Shown here: positions 21,836 through 32,225 of the stretch, piece after piece
Layout of the letters: each line of letters opens with the position of its first letter
Position numbering within the stretch: position 1 is the first letter of the stretch
DNA from: Candidatus Thorarchaeota archaeon
Lineage (GTDB): Archaea > Asgardarchaeota > Thorarchaeia > Thorarchaeales > Thorarchaeaceae
DNA length: 64,000 nucleotides
Assembly (NCBI GenBank): GCA_963726195.1
Contig: CAVSBO010000003.1
Span: 320,001-384,000, forward strand
Direction: 5' to 3'
Position numbers and translations under genes: made by a program
The notes under the pieces: model-generated
Database searches by the model: none
The model's input: the letters and a program-made list of their open reading frames with translations, nothing else
Told to the model about the DNA's origin: nothing

Positions 21836-22012
21836 CTATGTAGAATAGAAGCATCTCTTAGGAGATTTGACTTTGCCATCCTTCATTAGGACTGTGACAA
21901 TCTTCGTCACTTCTGTGCTGGGAAGGCCTGTTGCTTCTGCAATCTCTCCAGCCTTCATGGGCTTGCCTGCGCCCTTAATCGCATTGTAGACTTTCGTCGC
22001 TTTGTCGTCCAT
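21836..22012 (-). CDS. Small winged-helix DNA-binding protein (58 aa)
   Basis: KPMKAGEIAEATGL...V.K....L.KDGKV.SPKRCFY. Confidence 0.8.
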   Translation of the reverse strand: MDDKATKVYNAIKGAGKPMKAGEIAEATGLPSTEVTKIVTVLMKDGKVKSPKRCFYST

Positions 22013-22246
22013 GTGGTTCTCCTGGCACTTGTTGGCAGAATCCGGAGATAAATAGTTTCCAACTAAGGCTAATGATGGGTTGAAACTCACCTTGTTCGTC
22101 ACTAGTACGTTGATATGCGAATCTCTGCAAGGTTCATGACTCGATAGGCGAAGCTAATCGTAATGCGCAATAGGAACCTTTTTCCCCTCGACGGAAGGTT
22201 CCTTCTGAACTAGCGACAGCCGCAGCAAGTGGAGCGGAATAGAAAC

Positions 22247-24076
22247 ATGCGCGCATACCTCGATGCGAATTTCTTCATCAGCGGATTCAGTGAAAGGCCG
22301 AAAGATGTACAACTCATCAAGGAGGCGTGTGACCGTATCGGTCTGGAGGTATGGATGACGCGCCAAGTTTTTCAAGAACTCAGATGGTATCTGCGGCGCG
22401 AAGTTGAGCAGATAATCCAGATCGACGAAACACTCATGAAGGACATCAAGGCATTTCTCGAGAGCTTTGGCAAACCTGAGTCCGCTCTGCCACAGCCCAA
22501 TGACATGTCCATGGTGCTCGCTGCAATAAGAGTCAAGCAATCGCAAATCGTGACAAGTGATCTGAAGCTGCTGAATACACTGCAAGAGTTCAAGATAGAG
22601 GTTGAGGGAATAGTAGGCTCAGCCTTTGTTCTCGAACTGATAGAATCAACAGAGAATCCCGAAGAGAAAAAGAAGCTTGAACCAATCCACGACAGAATCT
22701 ATGCCGAGGAGGTCCGCTATAGCATCTCGAGGCAAGAGGCCTACGACCCTGTTACAAGGATTCGCATCATTGAAGACCACGCCATGAAAGTCATGCGCAC
22801 AGTGAGGCGGCCTGCAGGTGGACTGGATAAGAAACTGTCCAAGGGGCAATCACTGTTTGTTCTTGACTTCCTCGAAGACATCAAGGCTGGAATACCCGCG
22901 ATGTTTGATGATTTCAGGGCGGGCAAGTATGACTCGTTGGCAGATGAAATCGAGGCAGTCCAGAACGAAATCGAGCGGCTACTGATTGTCTCGACTCTTA
23001 CAGATGATGCCGAGACTCACAGAAAACTGGTCGAGCATGCATCTGACCTTACGCTGTTCCTTTACTATCTCGAGATGATTTGTCATCTGTATCGAGGCAC
23101 TCGCCAAGGCGTCGAGGATGCTAAGGCTCTCAGCGAAGAAGCGTTCCGGCTCTTGATGTTCGCATCCGTCTCAAACGAGGAACTGAAGGCATCGACATTC
23201 TTCGTCAGGATCGTTCTTGCAATCATTCGTCAGGACTATGAAGAGATTGATTGGTTCTACTCTCTCTACGATAGCATGCTGGAGCGGTTAGGGCTCGAAG
23301 ACATGAAAGCAACTTCCGAAGGCCTCTACGTCACAATGCAGATCCTGCGCAAGTTCATGGGCGGATTCTCACTGGCCAAAAGCAAGCTACAGTACCCGGA
23401 TGCCACTATATCTATGTTGAACGACCTTGCCAAGTACTATTGCCAATTCGATGAACATGACACGGCTTGGCAGATGTCGGTGAATGCCTACAAGATTGGA
23501 ATTGCATACGGCAAGGAAGAGGGATCTCAGTCATCATTTCTGATGCTGTACAAGATATCCTCCTCATCCGGCGACAAACTGAAGCCGAGCCTCGAGAAGA
23601 TAGCAGAGCACGCCTTGAAACTCTTTGTCAAGAAAGGTTGGAGTACAACCGAGATTACACCAATCCTCAATGAGATTCAAGGGAACTACCCGCCAGTGGC
23701 GATACGGGTCTCGTCCGAGACAGTCGACTTCAACGACTTGCCTCAGGAACTCACTGGTTGGATGGATGTGCTCTCTGTGCAGAGTCTGAGCGGCATTGAG
23801 ACACTCATTGTGAGAAACAACAAACTCCACATTCGCGTCGGAATCATCATCACGGACCGTCCGGAACTCAAGACTCTCAAGACGGGACATAAGGTCGCTC
23901 TCGCGAGAGGCAAGTTCAGGGTTGAAAAGGCCAGTTCTGTTGCGTTGCGCGATTACTCTGTCATGTTTGTCATTACACCCAGCGAAGGGTCTGAGGTCTC
24001 ATACGAAGGGGAGTATGGTTTTAGCTATCTCAGAATAGCCCAGCCGCAGGCCGAAGTCAGAGAAATAACATCCTAG
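22247..24076 (+). CDS. PIN-domain protein with long helical-repeat region and C-terminal beta domain
   Basis: YLDANFF, VFQEL, NDMS, IVTSDLKL PIN acidic motifs; alpha-solenoid-like middle. Confidence 0.75.
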   Translation: MRAYLDANFFISGFSERPKDVQLIKEACDRIGLEVWMTRQVFQELRWYLRREVEQIIQIDETLMKDIKAFLESFGKPESALPQPNDMSMVLAAIRVKQSQIVTSDLKLLNTLQEFKIEVEGIVGSAFVLELIESTENPEEKKKLEPIHDRIYAEEVRYSISRQEAYDPVTRIRIIEDHAMKVMRTVRRPAGGLDKKLSKGQSLFVLDFLEDIKAGIPAMFDDFRAGKYDSLADEIEAVQNEIERLLIVSTLTDDAETHRKLVEHASDLTLFLYYLEMICHLYRGTRQGVEDAKALSEEAFRLLMFASVSNEELKASTFFVRIVLAIIRQDYEEIDWFYSLYDSMLERLGLEDMKATSEGLYVTMQILRKFMGGFSLAKSKLQYPDATISMLNDLAKYYCQFDEHDTAWQMSVNAYKIGIAYGKEEGSQSSFLMLYKISSSSGDKLKPSLEKIAEHALKLFVKKGWSTTEITPILNEIQGNYPPVAIRVSSETVDFNDLPQELTGWMDVLSVQSLSGIETLIVRNNKLHIRVGIIITDRPELKTLKTGHKVALARGKFRVEKASSVALRDYSVMFVITPSEGSEVSYEGEYGFSYLRIAQPQAEVREITS

Positions 24077-24079
24077 GAC

Positions 24080-24517
24080 TTGTCAGGAATGGACCCTGTC
24101 ACACTCGTCATCATCTTGGCTGGCATAGTCCTCGCAGGCGCGTTTAACTACGTGCTCAACCGTGCCTCGGGTGCAGAACCAGAAGACTTCGAATTCGGTC
24201 CGAGCGGCATGGCGATCCAATGCGATTGTTTCATCAACATTCTGATCATTGGGGCCATCGTTACTCTCGCAGTAGCATTGTCATCGGCAGCCTTCTCTTC
24301 TCCGCTAGAACTGTATGCCACAGGTGCCTTGGCATTCGCTGCAACAACAATAGCTGGTCTCCTAGGCAGAAGACGTAGGCACCGCGAGTGGGGGGAGATG
24401 GAAGACGTTCTAGAGCGAGTCGTGCCCGATGACTATCTTGACGTCAGAGAACAGGATTTCGCAGACCTCCCGCCTGACGATGACGATGAAGACTCTGATG
24501 ACGATGTGCTGTTCTAA
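24080..24517 (+). CDS. Three-TM membrane protein with acidic C-terminal tail
   Basis: Hydrophobic helices, RRRR stop-transfer signal, DDDDEDSDDD tail. Confidence 0.7.
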   Translation: MSGMDPVTLVIILAGIVLAGAFNYVLNRASGAEPEDFEFGPSGMAIQCDCFINILIIGAIVTLAVALSSAAFSSPLELYATGALAFAATTIAGLLGRRRRHREWGEMEDVLERVVPDDYLDVREQDFADLPPDDDDEDSDDDVLF

Positions 24518-24630
24518 CTATTCAGTTGATGATTCGGCCTTCTGGAAACTTTCGGGGGCAAGAAGCAGCGAGATTCGGATTGTGTTCTGCAACCAATACA
24601 GTTTAGTCGGATGATGACCTTGTTCAGAGC

Positions 24631-25785
24631 GTGGCTACGGCTAATTCTGCTGTGGGACAGGTCCGGCTCATATACAAGGTTCTCATACTAGGAAATCGAC
24701 CGTCTTTGCAAGCTGGATTCCTGAACCAAGCATCTGGAAGCTGCCTGTCTTACCAACTCTACACCGCACTCGGGATTGGGATCGGAGTCGCAAGAATGCC
24801 TAGCCCGATTGGAACCGTCACGCTTCAGCTTTGGCTGATTCCTTCTCAGGAACGATTCGTTGGCATAACTAGAGGACTCATGAAAGGAGCTCGTTCGTCA
24901 ATTGTGGTTGTCAGAGAGGACGATCTTGCGAATCTCTCTGATATGTTGCTCGAGCTCGCTCCTGAGCAGAAGGACTCGCTGTCAATCGTAGTTGTCGGGT
25001 CCCTACTCGACCGCGAGAGTGTCAGGGTCTCAGTTGAGGATGCGCTCCGTCAAGAGTGCAAAATACACCGGGCAGATTCGGTGCAGCAGACTCTTCGAGC
25101 CGTGTCCGAGCTCATGGTTTTGCAGCTAAGCGAAAGACCGCAGCCTATCCGGGTCATGCTGTTGGACGAGAGATACTGCCCGGAGTTTCAGTTCCAATTC
25201 AACCCTCCGACCCCGCAGCCAAACACACGAGAAGAGATACAGGCAATCAGGAGGTTCGCCTCATCATTGGGCCTAGAAGTCTCAGACAGTGCGTGTATGA
25301 TCAATCTTGAAGAAGGAGTAGCACAGCTCGAGCTGGCCACTGGTGCTCTTGTCTTTCGGTCTCGACTTTGTGAAGAATGCAGGAAGGACTGCAAGAAGGA
25401 GGAAAGAATCTGCATCGTGGGTCAAGACAAGGGGTGGTCCAGCGAAGGCATGGGTCCGAGAGCACTACTAACCATGGCGAAGCTCCAAGCACTCAATGGA
25501 AGAAGACTCCCAGAAGACGTACGGCTGCAGATTGATAGAGCTGTTGCTTGTTCACGTTTCACACCGAAGCCCGGCTCAGATATTAGCAGGTGCTCCCATG
25601 ATCCACGTCCATCGAATCAAATCGTTGGGCGAGAACGAACCACACTTCTGGAAGAAGCGCAGAAGAGAGTGATGCAGGGGAGACTCCCGTCTTCGGTCTA
25701 CAACATGCTAAAGAGCAAGCTTCAACGTGCCGAGGGAAAATTCAATCGTGCCGAAGGTGCTGATAGTCCATGCCGCTTAGAATGA
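24631..25785 (+). CDS. Degenerate Rab-like small-GTPase domain fused to a Cys-rich domain and a SHOCT-like tail
   Basis: YKVLILG, TLQLWLIPSQERF, ITRGLMKGA; CEECRKDC....IC. Confidence 0.7.
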   Translation: MATANSAVGQVRLIYKVLILGNRPSLQAGFLNQASGSCLSYQLYTALGIGIGVARMPSPIGTVTLQLWLIPSQERFVGITRGLMKGARSSIVVVREDDLANLSDMLLELAPEQKDSLSIVVVGSLLDRESVRVSVEDALRQECKIHRADSVQQTLRAVSELMVLQLSERPQPIRVMLLDERYCPEFQFQFNPPTPQPNTREEIQAIRRFASSLGLEVSDSACMINLEEGVAQLELATGALVFRSRLCEECRKDCKKEERICIVGQDKGWSSEGMGPRALLTMAKLQALNGRRLPEDVRLQIDRAVACSRFTPKPGSDISRCSHDPRPSNQIVGRERTTLLEEAQKRVMQGRLPSSVYNMLKSKLQRAEGKFNRAEGADSPCRLE

Positions 25786-26273
25786 TTTCAGTAGTTGGAA
25801 GCTCTGAAGCCGACGAAGCAACTCTGAAACTAGCCGAGAATCTGGGTCAAGAGATAGCCAGAAGGGGGATCGCGCTTGTTTGCGGCGGTCTCGGGGGCGT
25901 CATGGAGGCAGCATGCCGTGGTGCAAAGAAGCGCAACGGGATGACCATAGGTCTGCTTCCTTCGGACAACAAGAAGGACGCAAATCAGTTCGTTGACGTG
26001 GTGATTCCAACCGGTTTCGGCCACGCAAGGAACTTCCTTGTCGCAAGAACTGGAGACGCCCTAATCGCAGTAGGTGGTCAAGCCGGCACCCTCAGTGAGA
26101 TGGCTATTGGGTGGTTCTCGCAGAAACCCGTCGTAGCGATGGCCCATTCAGGCGGCTGGGCAGAGAAACTCGCTGGCACTAGAATCGATGAGAAGAGAGA
26201 GGACAAGGTACATTCAGCAGAGACCCCCGAACAGGCCGTTGACATTGTGTTCAAAGTGCTGGGCTGGAAATAG
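25770..26273 (+). CDS. LOG family protein (TIGR00725-like)
   Basis: CGGLGGVMEAA, GHARN, GGQAGTLSE. Confidence 0.92.
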   Translation: MPLRMISVVGSSEADEATLKLAENLGQEIARRGIALVCGGLGGVMEAACRGAKKRNGMTIGLLPSDNKKDANQFVDVVIPTGFGHARNFLVARTGDALIAVGGQAGTLSEMAIGWFSQKPVVAMAHSGGWAEKLAGTRIDEKREDKVHSAETPEQAVDIVFKVLGWK

Positions 26274-26363
26274 TGTTACCTGTGTTGCGTTATCGAGTGA
26301 CAGCCGCACGAAAGGCGAATAACAACAACTGCGTTGCATATGGACACCCGGAACGGAATTTCC

Positions 26364-27200
26364 ATGAACAAGACTGGCATCCCAGAGTGGCGCGAGAACC
26401 TTTCGCGTGAAGATGTTCAGGAACTGACCTCACTGATTTCCGACAGGTACCGAAAGCTTCCAAACTTGATTGTTACGCCAGACGATGATGTGTTCTATGT
26501 GGGCGATCTTCACGGTGAACTAGAATCAGCTCTCGCTGTTCGTGACCTACTTCTCGGTAATCCGGAGAGTTCCATGGTTTTTCTGGGGGACTATGCGGAC
26601 AGGGGCCCTCAGCAGACCGAGACATTCAATCTAGTCTTGTCGCTTGCAGAGGAGTATCCGAATAGAGTCTTCATGCTCAGGGGAAACCATGAATCATCTG
26701 AGATCGCGAAAGTGTACGGCTTCTATTCGGCGGTCTCGGAACGTTATTCACGCGACCTATTTGAAAGCTATTCCAGAGTATTCGAAGCCCTGCCCTTGGT
26801 CGGGCTAAGCCCAGACGGAGTGTTTGCCTGCCACGGTGGTGTGCCCGAGCATGTCACGAGCAGCGAGCAGATAGATCGCATAGATAGGTTCGATGTCAAC
26901 TTCCCCGATGACATTGCATTCCAGCTGGCGTGGAACGACCCAAGGGAGGGAAACTTCCATTTCAAACGGAGCTACCGCTCAGACCGAGCTCGAGAGTTTG
27001 GCCGCTTGGCCTTTGAGGAGTTTGCATCAGACCTCGGAATTCGGCTCATGATTAGGGGTCACGAGGCCTTTGAAGATGGATGCATGGACTTCTTTGACGG
27101 GAGGCTCTTGAGCGTCTTTAGTGCTTCTTATGCAGGCGCAGTGAATCCGAAAGTGATTAGAGTACGAAAGGGTCTCTCGCTTGAGGTTGTCAGTATTTAG
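26364..27200 (+). CDS. PPP-family Ser/Thr protein phosphatase (metallophosphoesterase)
   Basis: GDLHG, GDYADRG, RGNHE, HGG, WNDP, RGHE, SVFSA. Confidence 0.92.
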   Translation: MNKTGIPEWRENLSREDVQELTSLISDRYRKLPNLIVTPDDDVFYVGDLHGELESALAVRDLLLGNPESSMVFLGDYADRGPQQTETFNLVLSLAEEYPNRVFMLRGNHESSEIAKVYGFYSAVSERYSRDLFESYSRVFEALPLVGLSPDGVFACHGGVPEHVTSSEQIDRIDRFDVNFPDDIAFQLAWNDPREGNFHFKRSYRSDRAREFGRLAFEEFASDLGIRLMIRGHEAFEDGCMDFFDGRLLSVFSASYAGAVNPKVIRVRKGLSLEVVSI

Positions 27201-27299
27201 GCCGCCTACCTAGGAGCAGCTTGATAAGGTCGTGCTAGACGACCACGCTGCTCTTGGCAAGAATAGGGCAGTCCTGCGCCCAAGGGTGGATGTAGCGAA

Positions 27300-28381
27300 A
27301 TGACCAAGGTGGCAGTAGTAAAGACATCGCCAAAGACGGTCAAGGCAGATATCGCTCGTCTTATGGATCTCAGCTGACTATGACAAGTCAGTCTCGAAGG
27401 ATGTTGCCACCACTATCAAACTCAATCTCTCTTGGAGCAAGTTCTATCCTGCCTGCTCAACCAACCCTTACATACTGGATGGTGTACTCAGCAAGCTAAT
27501 CGCTGATGGATTTGACCGTCACAGGATACAAGCAGTTGAAAATGAGACTGTTGTGACGAACATCTATCATGGAGTCCACAACAACAACTGGTACCCCGTT
27601 ATGAAGAAGCACGGCATCAAATTCCTCCCTCTCATCAAGGCCACATATGTTGATGTCAAGTTGCCACGAGAGACACTGGCCCTTAAGCAGATTTTCGGGG
27701 AGACCGTTGCGCCCAAGGAAATCTTTGGCACAAACATAATCCACTTGCCTACTATCAAGACACACGGTCACACTTTGATGACCGGAGCGATGAAGGACTC
27801 GTTTGGTCTTTACTTGACAAAGAAGCGGCACTTGGCGCATTTGCGTCTCCATGAGGTACTGACCGATCTTCTGTTACTTCAGAAGACAATTTCCCATTCT
27901 GAATTCGTCGTGACCGATGGGTCTGTTATGGGCGACGGAGCCGGACCGCGTACAATGGTGCCCAAAATCGGCAATATCCTTCTTGCGACTAATGATATGG
28001 TTGCTGCGGATACTGTTCAAACAAGACTGATGGGCATCGACCTCAGATTGGTGCATAAGCTCCGAATCGCAAATCAGCTTGGCCTTGGCGAAAGCAACCC
28101 AGAGAGAATCGAGATAGTCGGTGACTACGAATCTTGGAAAGATCTCCCGAATTTCCACCTCAAGCCCGCAAAAAGCCCGGTCATCATATGGAACCGAGGC
28201 TTCCTCCGCTTCCCGGGTATGGAGATGTTCCTCTTCAGGTCCCCTCTGATGTGGCTACCAACCCAGCTTTCTGGTCTGTATCATGATGGAATCTGGTTGC
28301 CGCTACGAGGAAAGAAGTGGGTCAAGTGGTTCCTCAACGGAGACAGATTGGGGACAGCTTTGGAAGTCCTATTCGAACTAG
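27300..28381 (+). CDS. DUF362 domain protein (frameshifts near 27370 and 28340)
   Basis: KVAVVKT, IKLNLSW..FYPACST, LPTIKTHGHT.MTGAMKDSFG, GDGAGP. Confidence 0.85.
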
Positions 28382-28423
28382 CAAAGGAGTGGTGAGAAAA
28401 CGGCAGCACGTGATTATGTTCAC

Positions 28424-29362
28424 TTGATGCGACCGCACCAGTGGTACAAGAACATACTCGTGTTTCTTGCGATCATATTCGTCGAAGTGCCAAAGGAATG
28501 GCCTTGGGAAACGCTGCCCGCCATATTCAACTGGAGATACTATCCTCCGCTTATAGTCGGATTCGTGGTTTTCTGTTTAGTGTCCTCCTCCGGATACATA
28601 TTGAACGACATAAAGGACATAGAGAAGGATGCAGCTCATCCTGAGAAGAAGAACAGACCTCTGCCCTCTGGCCGGGCTACTGTGCGAAAGGCGGCCTCAC
28701 TGGCGGTCGTTCTTGCCGGACTCGGCCTCTTCATCGGGTACATCTTGAACACTGTCTTCTTTTTGATTGTGGTACTCTACCTTATCAATTCACAATCTTA
28801 CAACCTCTACTTGCGGAACCGAGCAATTATCGATGTGGTGGCGATTGCAGTCGGCTTCGTATTGAGGGCTGTTGCTGGAACATTCCTGATACACGTGCCA
28901 TTCACATCATGGCTCGTTGTCGGTGTGTTCTTTGTGGCGCTCGTGTTGGGATTTGGCAAAAGAAAGAACGAACTACAGCTGCTCGGAGAAATGGCCCCAC
29001 AACACAAGAAGGTTTTCGAGAAGTACACAGATGAGATGCTCAATCAAGGCATCATCATGTCTGCGACTTGGGTTGTCCTCTTCTACGCTCTTTACTGCTA
29101 TGAGAACTTTAAGGATGTCATAGTCAACCAGCCAGTCATGATTACGGTTCCCATTGCCGCGGGCCTCGTTTTGAGATACGTCTATTTGATTGAGTCGGGT
29201 TCTCCAATCGGAAGAAAGCCCCATCTTGTCCTTGGAGATTCAGGTATGCTGGTTGGGGTGCTTATCTTCGCGATTGCACTCCTTTGGACACTGTTCTTTT
29301 GGATCCCTGTGATGGACTTCTTCCGCAACCTGTTCCCGCCGCTGTTTCCGACATTTCCTTAG
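28424..29362 (+). CDS. UbiA-family decaprenyl-phosphate phosphoribosyltransferase-like enzyme
   Basis: RPHQWYKN, YILNDIKDIEKDAAHPEKKNRPLPSG, GKRKNEL. Confidence 0.9.
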   Translation: MMRPHQWYKNILVFLAIIFVEVPKEWPWETLPAIFNWRYYPPLIVGFVVFCLVSSSGYILNDIKDIEKDAAHPEKKNRPLPSGRATVRKAASLAVVLAGLGLFIGYILNTVFFLIVVLYLINSQSYNLYLRNRAIIDVVAIAVGFVLRAVAGTFLIHVPFTSWLVVGVFFVALVLGFGKRKNELQLLGEMAPQHKKVFEKYTDEMLNQGIIMSATWVVLFYALYCYENFKDVIVNQPVMITVPIAAGLVLRYVYLIESGSPIGRKPHLVLGDSGMLVGVLIFAIALLWTLFFWIPVMDFFRNLFPPLFPTFP

Positions 29363-29371
29363 GTGCGCCTT

Positions 29372-30044
29372 ATGAACGACCGGCTTTCTGCATTTGACCT
29401 ACACAGTCACACCATTCACTCCAAGGATGGCCTCAGCAACCCCAAGTCGCTTTTCACTTGGATGAAACGCAAAGGGCTACGGGGCATGGCAATCACAGAG
29501 CACGTGACGCCTTCCATACTCCATCCCGTCGTCAGAGATGGCCATTTCTTGATTAACGCGTGCGAACACATGTCGACAGACTACGGCGAACTCATCGGCC
29601 TCTTCATAACTGAACCAATCAAGAACAGATCCTTCGCAGAAATCGCTGACGACATTAGGGGTCAGGGCGCCCTCAGAGTCCTGCCTCATCCGAGAGACCC
29701 ATTGAGAAAGGAGAGTGCTCTCAGAAGGCACTTGCCAGACGAAATGATAGTGCGCCATGTTGACCTCGTTGAGGGCATCAATTCGAGGTGTGTGGTCAAT
29801 CGTTTCAACGTCTGGGCACAGGAACTGGCACACCGGACAAACAAGCCCGTGACTGCAGGAAGTGACGCGCATTCGTTCTTAGAGATGGGTCATGCGAAGA
29901 CTTGGATTCAAGACATAGATGACGTAGAAGACATTCGCAAGGCTCTGAGACTAGGAAGGACGCAGATAACAGGCCATCCTTCATTCTGCTTGTGGCAAAT
30001 ACCGACGATGGTCTGGCAAAGAGCTGAGGAGGATAGGTCATTGA
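29372..30044 (+). CDS. PHP-domain phosphoesterase
   Basis: DLHSHTIHSKDG, AITEH, PHP, GSDAH; runs in frame into the next gene, probably through an indel. Confidence 0.85.
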
Positions 30045-31078
30045 CAGAAGGTCAGTGCGCTCCGGAGGAAAAAAGGGGTTCTCTAATCAGCATCCGTAGG
30101 CTGCTCGTGTTTGTTTTTCTCGGCGTCATCGTCTACATGCTTCTGGGCCTATATGCTCGAGTGGACCAAATTGCTGCGGCGCTTGTCTCTATGCCCTTGT
30201 GGGTATTGCCTGCCATGATGATACTGTCCTTCTTCAATTACGCAATTCGTTATGGCAAATGGCAGTACTATCTTCACCGCATCAATGTCCGACTATCAAA
30301 TGCCGATAGCTTCAGAGTGTTCCTTGCGGGCTTCACGCTAACAGCAACACCGGGAAAGATAGGTGAGGCAATCAAGGGTTACTTCATCAATGACCTGAAT
30401 GGTACACCCGTGGCTAGGACAGCACCACTGGTGGTCTCAGAACGAGTCACAGACTTGCTCGCAATGGTGATTCTCGCTCTTGTTGGGTTCGGTTTTGGCA
30501 CTGAAAGCAACGAACAAATGGAGACACTCATGCTTCTCACTGGCATTGTCCTAGTTGCGGCGGTGATTCTGAGCCGCCGTTCATTCTACAACAGACTGCT
30601 GAAGAGACTCACTTCCGTTGGACCGTTGAAAAGGTTCAGTGATAGCTGCGATCTCATCGAGGACACTATGGCTCGAAGCTTGGGCCCGAGACCAATGCTC
30701 GTCAGCACGGCCATAAGCCTCCCGGGGTGGTTCATGGAGTGTCTTGAACTCTGGCTCTTGCTGAGTATTCTATCCGGCGCAGGCTTGCCATCACTGCAAC
30801 CTTCATCTCTTATCCTGCTTCTCCAATCCACCTTCATCCATTCTGCAGCATCGGTCATAGGTGCAGTGACGTTCATGCCGGGCGGTCTTGGGACCTACGA
30901 AATTACGTCCATGCTTCTGATGACGAAGGTCATTGGATTGAGCGATGCCGTCGCGGGCGCTGCGACAATCCTCATAAGGTTCGTCACACTCTGGTTCAGC
31001 GTCATCGTTGGGTTCATCGCGCTTGGACTTCTGACCCGCAGAATCAAGGGAGCACGGGCACAAAAGGGTCAACCTTAA
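30041..31078 (+). CDS. Lysylphosphatidylglycerol synthase TM / UPF0104 flippase-like protein
   Basis: TPGKIGE, ERVTD, PGGLGTYE, IRFVTLW; TTG start after a GAGGAG SD. Confidence 0.85.
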   Translation: MTEGQCAPEEKRGSLISIRRLLVFVFLGVIVYMLLGLYARVDQIAAALVSMPLWVLPAMMILSFFNYAIRYGKWQYYLHRINVRLSNADSFRVFLAGFTLTATPGKIGEAIKGYFINDLNGTPVARTAPLVVSERVTDLLAMVILALVGFGFGTESNEQMETLMLLTGIVLVAAVILSRRSFYNRLLKRLTSVGPLKRFSDSCDLIEDTMARSLGPRPMLVSTAISLPGWFMECLELWLLLSILSGAGLPSLQPSSLILLLQSTFIHSAASVIGAVTFMPGGLGTYEITSMLLMTKVIGLSDAVAGAATILIRFVTLWFSVIVGFIALGLLTRRIKGARAQKGQP

Positions 31079-31167
31079 AACGCGGACCATAGTGTTGCCG
31101 CCGGTTAGCCTCACTCCGGAAGAAGAACTGGATACGGGCTGATCCCCCATTACTTGGGTGATGACAC

Positions 31168-32214
31168 ATGAGTGGGATAGATGAACAGAAAGCGAACACA
31201 GCTTTGATGAAAGCATCTAGTAATGCCGAAGAAGTGGTTACACCAGAGGAACTCAAGACAGTTCTGCAGAAGCCAACATTCAACTTCTATTATGGTACTG
31301 CTCCCTCTGGACCATTCCATTTCGCGTATATGATTCCCCTTAACAAATGCATTGACCTTGCTAACCTCGGGGGGAAGGGCACGATGCTGCTCGCCGACTA
31401 TCACGCTCATCTGGACGATCAGAAGACGTCTTTCGAGCAGATGGATATCAGGTCGAAGTACTATGAAGAAGCGATGAAGGGTGTGCTCGGTCCTTTCGCG
31501 AAGAAGTTCAAGTTCGTCAGAGGGTCCAGCTACCAGACAAAGCAGGAATACGTTGAGGACATCTTCAGACTGTCGGCCAAGATAACGACGACCAGGGCAA
31601 CGCGTGCCGCAAGCGAAGTTGTCAGAATGAAGGACGAACCAAAGGTTTCCGAGCTACTCTACCCTGTCATGCAGATTCTCGATGTCAAGTACCTCGAAGC
31701 CGACATAAGTGTGGGCGGCCGGGATCAGAGGAACATCTACATGCTTGGGCGTGAGTACTTGGAGGACTTAGGCTTCCAGAAAGGAGTCTACATCTTCATG
31801 CCTTTGCTCCCCTCGCTGAAAGGCGGCGGCTCTAAGATGTCAGCCAGCGACCCACTGTCACACATCAGGGTCACCGACAGTCCCGAGAGAATCAAGGTCA
31901 CGATGTCAAAGGCATACTGCCCTGCGGGTGTGCTGGAACAGAATGCAGTGACCTCGACAGTGTCTCTGATCATCCTCCCGAGATACGGTAAGTTCCTGAT
32001 TCCTCGAAAACAGAAATTCGGTGGTGACATTGAGTTCACCTCTGTCGCTGATTTCGAGAAAGCCTACAAAGAGAACAAACTGCACCCTGAGGACGTCAAG
32101 GAAGCCGTCATCACGAAGCTGTGCGAATTGCTTGAACCGGCCAGAAAGTACTTCGAATCACACCCAGATATTCTGGCGGAAGTAGAACGCACCTTCGCTG
32201 AGAAGAGAACGTAG
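31168..32214 (+). CDS. tyrS: Tyrosine--tRNA ligase (archaeal type)
   Basis: GTAPSGPFHFAY (HIGH-like), LYPVMQILD, GGRDQR, KMSAS, LHPEDVK. Confidence 0.95.
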   Translation: MSGIDEQKANTALMKASSNAEEVVTPEELKTVLQKPTFNFYYGTAPSGPFHFAYMIPLNKCIDLANLGGKGTMLLADYHAHLDDQKTSFEQMDIRSKYYEEAMKGVLGPFAKKFKFVRGSSYQTKQEYVEDIFRLSAKITTTRATRAASEVVRMKDEPKVSELLYPVMQILDVKYLEADISVGGRDQRNIYMLGREYLEDLGFQKGVYIFMPLLPSLKGGGSKMSASDPLSHIRVTDSPERIKVTMSKAYCPAGVLEQNAVTSTVSLIILPRYGKFLIPRKQKFGGDIEFTSVADFEKAYKENKLHPEDVKEAVITKLCELLEPARKYFESHPDILAEVERTFAEKRT

Positions 32215-32225
32215 AAAGAAAATGT

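Noticed and set aside
21836-22012. Z-alpha (Z-DNA-binding) domain
   Set aside because: It is a generic winged helix that lacks the N..LY and P.W residues of Z-alpha.
29363-31078. PHP-flippase fusion protein (571 aa)
   Set aside because: Removing one base near 30020 gives WQRLRRIGH* overlapping a TTG start with its own GAGGAG SD. Given the indel rate, it is probably two genes.
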